Assembly: GCA_050331295.1 (NCBI GenBank)
Contig: JBHJGZ010000009.1
Coordinates: forward strand, 13,824-77,823
DNA from: Myxococcota bacterium
Lineage (GTDB): Bacteria > Myxococcota > Kuafuiibacteriia > Kuafuiibacteriales > Kuafuiibacteriaceae
Length of the DNA stretch: 64,000 nucleotides
Direction of reading: 5' to 3'
The translations under genes were made by a program, and so were the position numbers. Below are positions 18,577-27,017 of this stretch, one piece after another. Numbering within the stretch: the stretch's first letter is position 1; each line of letters starts with the position of its first letter. The notes beneath the pieces are model-generated. The model searched no databases. It saw only the letters and a list, made by a program, of their open reading frames with translations, and was not told the origin of the DNA.

Positions 18577-20165
18577 CCGGAGGACGGAAGATCTTGCTGC
18601 AAGGCGCCGTCCTCGCCGGTCTGACCGTGCTGGGATGCAGCTCGGGGCCGAGACCCTCGCCGGACTCGGCGACAGAGGAAGACTTTGTACGGGTGAGGCC
18701 GCGAGCCGAGCCGGGCGGCAATGGTTCGGCCGATACACCCTATTCGACGCTCCAAGACGCGCTCCAGAGCGGCGCCCCTCGGGTTCTCCTCGAACCCGGC
18801 GTCCACGAAAGCAGTCGTCCCATACGACTCACCCGATCCGTCGAAGTCTTCGGGGGACGAGGGGCTGGTGGTGCTCACGTTGCGGCATCGGTGGTGGTTT
18901 CGGGTTCGGACGTCACCCTTCGGAATCTCCACTTTGGTGGAGGAATCGAGGCTCGATTCGCTCGGCGCCTCACGGTCGAGGACGCAACGGTACACGCGGG
19001 AGCGTCGGGGGACGCGTTCAACGCCTATGCCTCCATGGTTGATTTGCAGGATGTGACCGTCAGGGGGGGCTCGAACACGGCGATCTTCGTGGCGACTTCG
19101 ACTCTTCGCCTGGACCGCGTGCGGATCGATGCGGCTCGGAGTCGACGCGGGCTGTTTGTCACCCACGGAACCTGTGAGGCCACCTCGGTCGAGATCTCGG
19201 GTGGGAAGTCGGAGAACGTTCGCCTACGAGGGAGTCGAGCCCGAGTTCGGCAATCAGTCCTGCGCGGTTCGTCCCAAACCGGCATCGCGGTGGTCGCCGG
19301 CTCCAGTCTCACGTTGGGAGGGGTGTCGGTCCAGGCAACCGGTGAAGCTCTCTGGCTGGAAAGCAGTCAGGGCGAAGTCGAAGACAGCGACCTTTGGAGT
19401 CGAACCTCCCACGGTCTTGCTCTGCGTCATGGCGAGGTCCGCATGCGCAATGGCCACGTGGCATCCGAGATCGGACCGAGCGTCTGGGTGTCGGGAGAGG
19501 CGGGACCCTCGCGTCTCGAATGGGACGGAGGCCGCATGGTGGCTGGGCGTGCAGGGGGGTTGAGGGTCGCCGATGCCCGGGTCAGCCTTCGCAAGCTCCG
19601 GGTGAGCTCGAGCACGACGGCCGATCAGGTGGATGCGGTGGTGACAAGCGGTCCAGCGGCTGTCATCGAGGTCGATGCTCTCGAATTCCAGGGGATAGGT
19701 GGACGCGCCCTGGTGTTTCGAAACGACGCAGGAGGACATGTCGCGTCCTCCACCGTGAGTGGCTGTGGCGGAGGGGTTTCCGTCGAGGGTGTATGGCGTT
19801 CGGACCTGACTCTCCGAGGAATGCGCATCCTCGGGTGCGGCGAAGAGGCTGGTATCTCCGTCGCGGATGCCAGGATTCGCGCCGAATCCGTTCAGCTTCG
19901 AGGGTGCCGGCTGAGCATCGGGGGCGGTGCGGACGTTCAGGTCTCGAGCTTCGAAGTGAAGGATGTCTTGCGTGGCTTGGAGGTGTTCGGAGGGGCACGG
20001 TTGATGGTTCGATCCAGCACCGTTTCCGGTCGGATTTGGAGCGCATTCTGTAGTCCTGGCGCCGTCATCGAGGGTACATCCACGCGCTGGGCCGGTCCGA
20101 CGAACCTGTGTGCCCGAGACTTTGGTGCATCGGACCGCAACCTTCGTCCCTCCGTCGGGTTTTGA
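18573..20165 (+). CDS. Right-handed parallel beta-helix repeat lipoprotein (pectate-lyase-fold, DUF1565-like)
   Basis: The lipobox is LAGLTVLGCSS. It carries many beta-helix rungs rich in G, S and V. Its start overlaps the trmB stop (ATGA). Confidence 0.6.
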   Translation: MTGGRKILLQGAVLAGLTVLGCSSGPRPSPDSATEEDFVRVRPRAEPGGNGSADTPYSTLQDALQSGAPRVLLEPGVHESSRPIRLTRSVEVFGGRGAGGAHVAASVVVSGSDVTLRNLHFGGGIEARFARRLTVEDATVHAGASGDAFNAYASMVDLQDVTVRGGSNTAIFVATSTLRLDRVRIDAARSRRGLFVTHGTCEATSVEISGGKSENVRLRGSRARVRQSVLRGSSQTGIAVVAGSSLTLGGVSVQATGEALWLESSQGEVEDSDLWSRTSHGLALRHGEVRMRNGHVASEIGPSVWVSGEAGPSRLEWDGGRMVAGRAGGLRVADARVSLRKLRVSSSTTADQVDAVVTSGPAAVIEVDALEFQGIGGRALVFRNDAGGHVASSTVSGCGGGVSVEGVWRSDLTLRGMRILGCGEEAGISVADARIRAESVQLRGCRLSIGGGADVQVSSFEVKDVLRGLEVFGGARLMVRSSTVSGRIWSAFCSPGAVIEGTSTRWAGPTNLCARDFGASDRNLRPSVGF

Positions 20166-20186
20166 TGGCCAGAAAGGAGTTCTATC

Positions 20187-20509
20187 GAGTGAAGACCATG
20201 ATTCGATTGGTGTTTTCGGTGCTGACGGCGGCTCTTTGGTTGGCTCCAGCCCACTCTGATGCGGCGACGCGCTCGGACCGACGACAGGTGAAGCAGCAGA
20301 CACGAATCGTCCACGGTGTCCAGAACGGCAGCCTGACGCATCGCGAAGCGCGTCACTTGCAACGTCAGCAAAGGCACGTGAGGCGAGTCGAGCGTCGGTC
20401 CAAGGCGGACGGCGTCTACACGGCCGAAGAGCGACGTCGGGTAGAGCGGAAGCAGAATCAGGCCCACCGAAACATCCGTCGAAAGAAGAACAACAGCCAG
20501 AACCGCTGA
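20187..20509 (+). CDS. Small secreted, highly basic protein with two R/Q-rich repeats
   Basis: AAAGGAG lies 9 nt upstream of the GTG. The signal peptide is MKTMIRLVFSVLTAALWLAPAHSDA. The mature part has RHLQRQQRHVRRVERR / EERRRVERKQNQAHRNIRRKK, which may be Spy/CpxP-like but is weak. Confidence 0.45.
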
Positions 20510-20537
20510 CCCCGTCCCTTCCGGCCCACCGCATCCC

Positions 20538-21917
20538 GTGCTACTCGGGCCGTCCATGGCGCAAGGCCAGGCTCCTTCAAACCGCTCGAAGATCCGGAAC
20601 GCGGTATCCTGGACCGTGGGTGGTCATGGGGCCTCCCTCGTCCTGCGGGTCGGAAGCAGCGCCGTATTGACCCGTCTTCTCGACGTGGAGGTGTACGGCC
20701 TCCTCGAATTGGTGTGGGTCTTCATGACCGGCCTTCAGCTGTTTTCGGATCTGGGGCTCAACGTGGCCGTCGTTCAGTCCGAGAAGGGAGACAAGGAAGA
20801 CTTTCTCAACGTCGTTTGGACCCTCAACTGCATCCGCGGCGGGGTGATCTGGGTCGGGGCCGCGCTCGGCGCGATTCCCATGGCGCTGTTCTATGAAACG
20901 CCCGCTTTGGCCGTCCTTCTGCCGGTGGCAGCCCTGACTGCGGTGCTGGACGGCTTCAACGCAACATCTCTCATGACTCAAACCCGCCGGTTGAATCAGG
21001 GCCCGCTGATTCGCCTGGAAGTGTCGGTGCAGGTCATCACCGCGATCGTGCAGATCGCCGTGGCCATGGTGTGGCCTTCTCCCTGGGCCATCGTCGTTGG
21101 CACCATCTGCGGATCGGCATTCCGGCTCTTCTCCAGTTTCTTCTTCTTCAAGACCTTTCGTCACCGCTTTCACTTCGACCGACAGGTGGCCCGCGAGCTC
21201 TTCAACTTCGGACGGTGGATCTTCCTCGCGACCCTGGTGACCTTCATCTCGAGTCAGGGCGACCGAATGCTCCTCGGAAAGCTGATGGACCTGAGCTACC
21301 TCGGAGTGTACGCCATCGCGGGCCGGCTGTCCTTGGCGCTGGAGAGCGTCATGAAGCGGATCAGTTCTTCCGTCATCTTTCCCATGTTCAGTGAAGCCAT
21401 TCGCGAGCATGCGAAACGGGAGGATGCACGGCCCGAGGAATTGGCCGGACTGCTGAATCGAGCTCGGCTGCGTTCGGATCTCGCCTTCATGGTCCCAGCG
21501 GGAATGCTCATCGTGTTGGGGGAACTCGTTGTTCGGATCATCTACGATCCACGGTACCTCGACGCCGGCTACGTCTTGCAGATCATGGCGATTCGGACGG
21601 CGCTTGGAAACATCGTGATTCCCTGCGAAGCCTTCTTCCTGGCTGGAGGGGACAGTCGATTCGGATTCTGGCGGAGCCTCCTCCAGGCGGGCGCTGTCCT
21701 GATCGGCGTGCCGATCGGCTACGCCATAGGGGACTTTTGGGGCATCGTCTGGGCTATCGGATTGTCGGGTGCACCGGTGGTCATCTACGTCTGGTTCGCA
21801 CTCATCCGACGCGGAATCTTCAGATTGACCATTGAGCTGAGGTCGTTCGGCTTTCTGCTGGTGGGATTGGGTTTGGGATATTTGGTCGACCAGGCCTTAA
21901 GGACGTTGTTTTTCTGA
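20538..21917 (+). CDS. Wzx-like oligosaccharide/polysaccharide flippase (MOP superfamily)
   Basis: Has about 12 predicted TM helices and the PF01943-like N-terminus (…LTRLLDVEVYGLLELVWVFMTGLQLFSDLGLNVAVVQ). Confidence 0.7.
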   Translation: MLLGPSMAQGQAPSNRSKIRNAVSWTVGGHGASLVLRVGSSAVLTRLLDVEVYGLLELVWVFMTGLQLFSDLGLNVAVVQSEKGDKEDFLNVVWTLNCIRGGVIWVGAALGAIPMALFYETPALAVLLPVAALTAVLDGFNATSLMTQTRRLNQGPLIRLEVSVQVITAIVQIAVAMVWPSPWAIVVGTICGSAFRLFSSFFFFKTFRHRFHFDRQVARELFNFGRWIFLATLVTFISSQGDRMLLGKLMDLSYLGVYAIAGRLSLALESVMKRISSSVIFPMFSEAIREHAKREDARPEELAGLLNRARLRSDLAFMVPAGMLIVLGELVVRIIYDPRYLDAGYVLQIMAIRTALGNIVIPCEAFFLAGGDSRFGFWRSLLQAGAVLIGVPIGYAIGDFWGIVWAIGLSGAPVVIYVWFALIRRGIFRLTIELRSFGFLLVGLGLGYLVDQALRTLFF

Positions 21918-21927
21918 GCCCTCAATC

Positions 21928-22380
21928 TCACGGGTCGACCGGATTTTCGGCACCGTTCGGCAACAGTCGCTTCGAGAACGGATTGTGGCAGACGGCCAGA
22001 TAAGGCCAATAAAGTGACACGAAGGTGACCTCCCTCGAATAGTCTTCCTCTGGAAAGAAGCTTGAAGATGCGAGGTAACTCATATACGCGTGACTCGGAA
22101 GAGGCGACAGTAGCTTGAAAGGATTGCGCCTCAGAACGTGAACCTTTTGCTCGAACTCCTCGATGAAACGGGTCACCCCAGTCGGGTCCAGGTTCAAGTA
22201 GGAAAAATGATTCTGAATGTTCTTCATCAAGAGCCACGTTCGGATTCGATTCCATTGGCTTGTGACGAGTCCCAATGCCGACACAAGAGCGGCAACCAAC
22301 ACGAGGCCGCCCAACCCGCGTCGACTCATGGTGGTCTCGAGGCCGCCGGAACCTTGCGATGACCGTTCTGAAGACGTCAT
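21928..22380 (-). CDS. Small membrane-anchored protein of unknown function in a low-GC island, stop/start-coupled to the GMC oxidoreductase
   Basis: Its ATG overlaps the TGA of the upstream GMC gene (cgtcat on the plus strand at 22375-22380), and a second Met lies at 22329. It has an N-terminal TM/RR-containing segment, MSRRGLGGLVLVAALVSALG. GC over 21960-22330 is about 42-53%, against about 67% in the flanks. Confidence 0.5.
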   Translation of the reverse strand: MTSSERSSQGSGGLETTMSRRGLGGLVLVAALVSALGLVTSQWNRIRTWLLMKNIQNHFSYLNLDPTGVTRFIEEFEQKVHVLRRNPFKLLSPLPSHAYMSYLASSSFFPEEDYSREVTFVSLYWPYLAVCHNPFSKRLLPNGAENPVDP

Positions 22381-23798
22381 GCGCTCAATCGATCCGCGGC
22401 GCGGAGCGCGAGCGCCGACAAGGTCAATGTCGGGTTGGCGGGAGCTGCGGTGGGAAAGGTGCTGGCACCCAGTATCAGAAGATTGCGGACTCGGTGGTGG
22501 ATCGAATCGGCGTCGACAACGCTCCGTTTCGGATCCGTTCCCATGGGCGTCGTACACTGAATGTGCGCCTCGGTTTCGCTGTGGCTGAACTTGATTTGCT
22601 CGACGGGCAGCGACGACAGGAGTCCTGGCAGGCCAGCTTTCGCAGCGTCGATCCCAGCTTGGGCATAGGGCGAGATCCCGGCGAAGCGCACCCGGGGTCG
22701 ATCCGGTTCGTCCGGTTCCAGCGTGACGCGACTTTCGGGATTGGGCAGGTCTTCTACCACGACCCGCATCATGAACTGCTCCCGCCAGCGTCCGGGTAGG
22801 TCTCGAAGTCGAGGCTCATTGTTGCATTCGAGGAGCGCGGCGGCGTGTCGCCGGCGGTGTGGTCCGTCGTACCACGGATAGCCAGCCGTGGTGACCTGCG
22901 TACTCCCTTGGAACGCCTTCATACCATTGAGCTTGATGATGGCATTCACACTGGTTTGTTCTACCAGACCCCGCCCCGGTTGGCCTTCATCCAAACCCGT
23001 GCGGAGGAGCAGGTGCGCGTTGAAGATGGCGTTGGCGCCCAGCACCACCAGATGCTCGGAGCGAACCGAAGTCGGCGCTTGCTTCGACTCGCTCCGATAC
23101 GTCACGCCGGTCGCCCTCCCCGCCTCGACGTCCACGTGCTGAACCAAGGAATCGGGACGGACGGTGACCTGCGGGTGGTCCAGCACCGCGCGCATTCCGT
23201 TCAGGATCGTGAACTTCGAATCGACCGGACAGCGAACGCAGCGAATGGATGCGCAGCAGGCCGGCCGCAGTCCGATCGATTTGGTTGGGCGTGCACACGG
23301 CATCGGGAAAAACTGGCCAGGATGGGCCCGGGCCAACGCCAGGTCGGGATCGGCCATCCGATGCGGTGGAAGCGGGTAGGGCCGACTCATGGGGACCGGG
23401 CTCGAGGTCTGGGAACCCGCTACGCCCAGCAAGGATTCGGCTTCGCAGTAATAGGGTTCGATGTCGTCGTACGTGAGCGGCCAGTCTACGCCGACGCCAT
23501 AACGCGTCCTCAGTTGGAAGTCCCCCGGCGTCATCCGGGGCGTGTTGCCGGTCCAGCAGTTGGAGCTGCCTCCCACCAAGTGCTTGAACATCCATGGCTT
23601 GCTCGGGGTCAGATTGCGGATGGTATTCGGCGTTTCGAACAATGGGTCGCCGTCGTCGATCTGCTGCTGATGGCTCTTGTCTGGTCCGCGTTCCAGCATG
23701 AGGACTCGAGTCCTTGGATTTCGCTGGAGCCACCGATAAGCGAAAAAGGTCGAAGCAAAGCCCGCCCCCACCAACACCACGTCGAAAGACTCTGGCAT
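22377..23798 (-). CDS. GMC-family FAD-dependent oxidoreductase
   Basis: Has the FAD-binding motif FDVVLVGAGFAS, and the C-terminus carries HIQCTTPMG…NLLILGASTFPT, as seen in choline/glucose dehydrogenase-like enzymes. Confidence 0.85.
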   Translation of the reverse strand: MPESFDVVLVGAGFASTFFAYRWLQRNPRTRVLMLERGPDKSHQQQIDDGDPLFETPNTIRNLTPSKPWMFKHLVGGSSNCWTGNTPRMTPGDFQLRTRYGVGVDWPLTYDDIEPYYCEAESLLGVAGSQTSSPVPMSRPYPLPPHRMADPDLALARAHPGQFFPMPCARPTKSIGLRPACCASIRCVRCPVDSKFTILNGMRAVLDHPQVTVRPDSLVQHVDVEAGRATGVTYRSESKQAPTSVRSEHLVVLGANAIFNAHLLLRTGLDEGQPGRGLVEQTSVNAIIKLNGMKAFQGSTQVTTAGYPWYDGPHRRRHAAALLECNNEPRLRDLPGRWREQFMMRVVVEDLPNPESRVTLEPDEPDRPRVRFAGISPYAQAGIDAAKAGLPGLLSSLPVEQIKFSHSETEAHIQCTTPMGTDPKRSVVDADSIHHRVRNLLILGASTFPTAAPANPTLTLSALALRAADRLSA

Positions 23799-23875
23799 CT
23801 GGGTCCAAGGTACGTCCTTCTCCAGTCGAGGGCAACAACGGGAAAATGACGAGATTCTTTTGAATGAATCGAAGC

Positions 23876-24481
23876 CTAGGCTGAGCTGGCGATGAGTCCG
23901 AGCTTGGTCGGTAAAGGCGACCTGTACAGTCGACGGGCATTGGCAAGGGCGTGGTGCCGTCTGCCAGCGCGATGATGAGCGACCAGGAACATGGCGTATC
24001 GTCGAGCCTCACGGTTGGCTGTGCGGTATCGAGCCTCATCGTCCGCCGACAATCCTGTTTGCAATGAAAAGCGGTCGAACAACAAAGAGACCAGTGCCTC
24101 GGGATCCGCCCCGAACCAAAGCCATAGGGCCATGAACTTGTCGATCTCCGCCTGAAGCTCGAGCTCGACGCGGGAAACCGGCCGTTCCTGCTGTCCGCAA
24201 TGGGTGAAGTAGACGAAATGGCTGATACCTTCGAGGACCAGCGCCACGGAATCCACGCTCCTCGCCGGTTTGCCGCTGATCAAACGCCGCGTCTCATTTG
24301 TGGCCTCGCGGCACAGCATGAGTCCGATGTGGGTTTCGTCGGCATCCGGGTCGTGCCGGACAAGAAGAACTTCTCTGGCGGAAGCGGTCGGGGTCAGGCA
24401 GAACGCGTCTATGGGGGGCGTTGGCTGCAGTCGGTACATGGCTTCGAGGCCGGCCTGAAGCCGAGCTTCCACCGACCTCAT
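23876..24481 (-). CDS. Hypothetical protein (about 201 aa), translationally coupled to the upstream unknown gene
   Basis: Its ATG at 24481 overlaps the TGA of the upstream gene (ATGA). I found no recognisable domain (…VSRVELELQAEIDKFMALWLWFGADPEALVSLLFDRF…). Confidence 0.45.
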   Translation of the reverse strand: MRSVEARLQAGLEAMYRLQPTPPIDAFCLTPTASAREVLLVRHDPDADETHIGLMLCREATNETRRLISGKPARSVDSVALVLEGISHFVYFTHCGQQERPVSRVELELQAEIDKFMALWLWFGADPEALVSLLFDRFSLQTGLSADDEARYRTANREARRYAMFLVAHHRAGRRHHALANARRLYRSPLPTKLGLIASSA

Positions 24482-25116
24482 GCGGTTCCGCCTTTGAGCC
24501 ATACCGGATGAAGTCGCTGCTGGCCGAGGGTCCGAAGCGTCGAGTGCGAGTCGGGATAGACCTCCAGGCGTTCCATGAGCGCGGCCGGTTCCTTGACCGA
24601 TGGAAGGCCAGCACGTTCCGCGAGCCGAACCAGTACCTCCACTAGACTGCGGAAGTGGCGGGCCAACTGCGTGAGCACATCGGCCATGGCTCGAGCCGGG
24701 CTGCGGGTGGCCAGGCACGCCGCCGTCGCATATGCGGCGGTCCCCATGGAAACGTAATACTCGGGGCCCACCACTGCCTTGGGTCGATGCAAATGAGGGG
24801 CGAACAACCCACTGATGCCCAGGGCCACGTCTCCCAGTCGCCGATGCGCCTCCATCCTTCGCGTCGGAGGTCCGTTCTGTGCTTCGGCGTACAGCCAGGC
24901 CAGCGCGGGGGGCCCTCGCTCGCCACGGGGGGTTTCGAGCTGCAAACCGCTGAGGAATTCACAGCAAAGACCCACCAGGTACACGTGAGCCTGAGGCAAA
25001 TGGAGGGCCTCGGCTTCGAGAGCCTCGGCCAGATGTGACTCGAAGAAAGTGCGGAGCTCCGTGCCTTCAAGTATGGCCATTTGGATATTCTTGCGTAGGG
25101 CCTGGAGCGATTGCAA
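24478..25116 (-). CDS. Hypothetical protein (212 aa), first gene of the unknown pair
   Basis: The TTG at 25116 is preceded by GGGGA, and an ATG at 25080 is an alternative. I found no recognisable domain (…HVYLVGLCCEFLSGLQLE…). Confidence 0.45.
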   Translation of the reverse strand: MQSLQALRKNIQMAILEGTELRTFFESHLAEALEAEALHLPQAHVYLVGLCCEFLSGLQLETPRGERGPPALAWLYAEAQNGPPTRRMEAHRRLGDVALGISGLFAPHLHRPKAVVGPEYYVSMGTAAYATAACLATRSPARAMADVLTQLARHFRSLVEVLVRLAERAGLPSVKEPAALMERLEVYPDSHSTLRTLGQQRLHPVWLKGGTA

Positions 25117-25289
25117 CCCGATCCCCAGTGATTCCAGAGACTTAGGTGTGAAAACTCACTACGGCGAGTCGACTGGTCGATTTTCGCTATGAAATCAGAG
25201 ACTTGCAGCGCTCAGCCAGCACTCGCACCCGCTCCGTGGCTGGCAGGAGGTCGCATCGCCGCCTGGAGCTCAAGGGTTTCCGAGTCCCG

Positions 25290-27017
25290 TTACCGCTCAG
25301 GCCGAGAACGTCGGCTTTGGAGGATGCGCCGGAGCTGAACCTTTCGAAGACGAGGCCGAACCACCGCATAACCCCCCAGACCGATCAGGACCATGGTCCC
25401 GACGACGGCTCCGATGATGCCGACCAGGGGGACACCGAACAGCGTCGATTCCAAGCGAGCCAAACCGATGAAGGAGCCAATGATGAAGGCTCCGGCCAAG
25501 ATGGCGACAGCCACCGTCGTGCCGGCGGTGATCATGCTGCGACTCAGCCGATCGAGGTCCGGTCCCGAAACCACCACTCCGAGTCGCCCAGCCGACATGT
25601 CGTCGATGATCTGGCTGAGCTGGAGGGGCACCTCTTGCTGTAGACCTTGGATCTGGAGGAGCGCCCGAAACAAACCGCTTTGAAGCGTCTCGGGTGCCAC
25701 TCGGTCCAGCAAGAGTCGTTCCGCATAAGGACGCGCCACCTGAGCGACGTCGAGTTCGGGATCCAGCACTCGAACCAAACCTTCGATGGTCGCGCCGGCT
25801 CGGGCCAGGAGGGCGTACTCGGGTGGAAGACGAATGCCATGTTCCAGGGCCAGCTCGACGAGGTGCCGAACCAGATGTTGACTGTCTATCTCGTGGATCG
25901 GCCGCCCCAAGGTCTTATCGAAGAGGTTGCTCACGTCTCTCCGCACCTGCACCAGCTTGGCGGCTCCGGTGGATCGACCCATCCGGACCACGGTCCGAGC
26001 GACCGAATCGGGATCTCGAAGCGCGACGCCGAGGGCGAGGACCACCATGTTTTCCTGCATGGGCGCGGAGAGCCGCCCCAGGAGGCCGAGGTCCAGGACG
26101 CCGAAGCGACCGTCTTCGAGCAGGAGAAGGTTTCCAGGATGGGGATCGCCGTGGAACACGCCGTCGACGAACACCTCCTGGAAGGCTTCCTCGACCACGC
26201 GACGAGCGATGGCCCGCCGGTCACATCCCTCCGGTAGCCGGCTGAATGGGACCCCACGCAGGAACTCCATGGTCAAAAGGCCCGAAGAACTCAACGACTC
26301 GTAGAGCTTGGGTACCACGATGTCTGAGCGGTCCTGATGGATACGGCGGAACTCGAGGATGTTTGAAGCTTCGTTGCGAAAGTCGAGTTCTTCGCGGATG
26401 CCTCGGTCGAACTCCCGCACCAAACCGACCGGCTCGGCCACCTGAGATTCCTCGATGACGGCGTCCAAGAGACGTGCGATGCGATAGAGAAGGTCGAGGT
26501 CGCCGTTCATGACGTCCTGGATGCCGGGTCGTCTCACCTTCAAGGCGACTTCTTCTCCTTGGAAGGTCGTGGCCCGATGGACCTGAGCGATGGAAGCAGT
26601 GGCCAGGGGCTCTGGGTCGATCCATTCAAACGACTTTAGAGGGTCGGATTGAAGTTCTGATTCGATGGCGCTCTTGATCTGGTCGAATGGCAAGGGCTCA
26701 CAGTGGTCTTGCAGCACTGCGAGTTCAGCGACGAACTCGGGCGCGATCAGATCGGGACGGGACGAGAGGACCTGACCGAACTTGATGAAGGTGGGCCCGA
26801 GTTCTTCCAACATCATTCGGAACCGTCGGGCTTTGGGCGCGACGGCGGCAGCGTCGCCTGAAGGTGGGGCGAAGTCCGAAACGCCGATCTCCGGAGGAAG
26901 GTCGGGAGAACGTCGGACAAACTCGGTATATCCGTACTTGCCGATGATGCGCGTCATCCGGCGCAAGCGTCCGAGATCTTTGGCCGCAGTGCGGAGCACT
27001 GGCCATCTGTTGCGCAT
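25290..27017 (-). CDS. ubiB: ABC1/UbiB-family atypical protein kinase
   Basis: Has KFGQVLSSRPDLIAPEF, ASIAQVHRAT, VALKVRRPG and HGDPHPGNLLLLEDGRFGVLDLG, plus C-terminal TM helices. Confidence 0.85.
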   Translation of the reverse strand: MRNRWPVLRTAAKDLGRLRRMTRIIGKYGYTEFVRRSPDLPPEIGVSDFAPPSGDAAAVAPKARRFRMMLEELGPTFIKFGQVLSSRPDLIAPEFVAELAVLQDHCEPLPFDQIKSAIESELQSDPLKSFEWIDPEPLATASIAQVHRATTFQGEEVALKVRRPGIQDVMNGDLDLLYRIARLLDAVIEESQVAEPVGLVREFDRGIREELDFRNEASNILEFRRIHQDRSDIVVPKLYESLSSSGLLTMEFLRGVPFSRLPEGCDRRAIARRVVEEAFQEVFVDGVFHGDPHPGNLLLLEDGRFGVLDLGLLGRLSAPMQENMVVLALGVALRDPDSVARTVVRMGRSTGAAKLVQVRRDVSNLFDKTLGRPIHEIDSQHLVRHLVELALEHGIRLPPEYALLARAGATIEGLVRVLDPELDVAQVARPYAERLLLDRVAPETLQSGLFRALLQIQGLQQEVPLQLSQIIDDMSAGRLGVVVSGPDLDRLSRSMITAGTTVAVAILAGAFIIGSFIGLARLESTLFGVPLVGIIGAVVGTMVLIGLGGYAVVRPRLRKVQLRRILQSRRSRPER

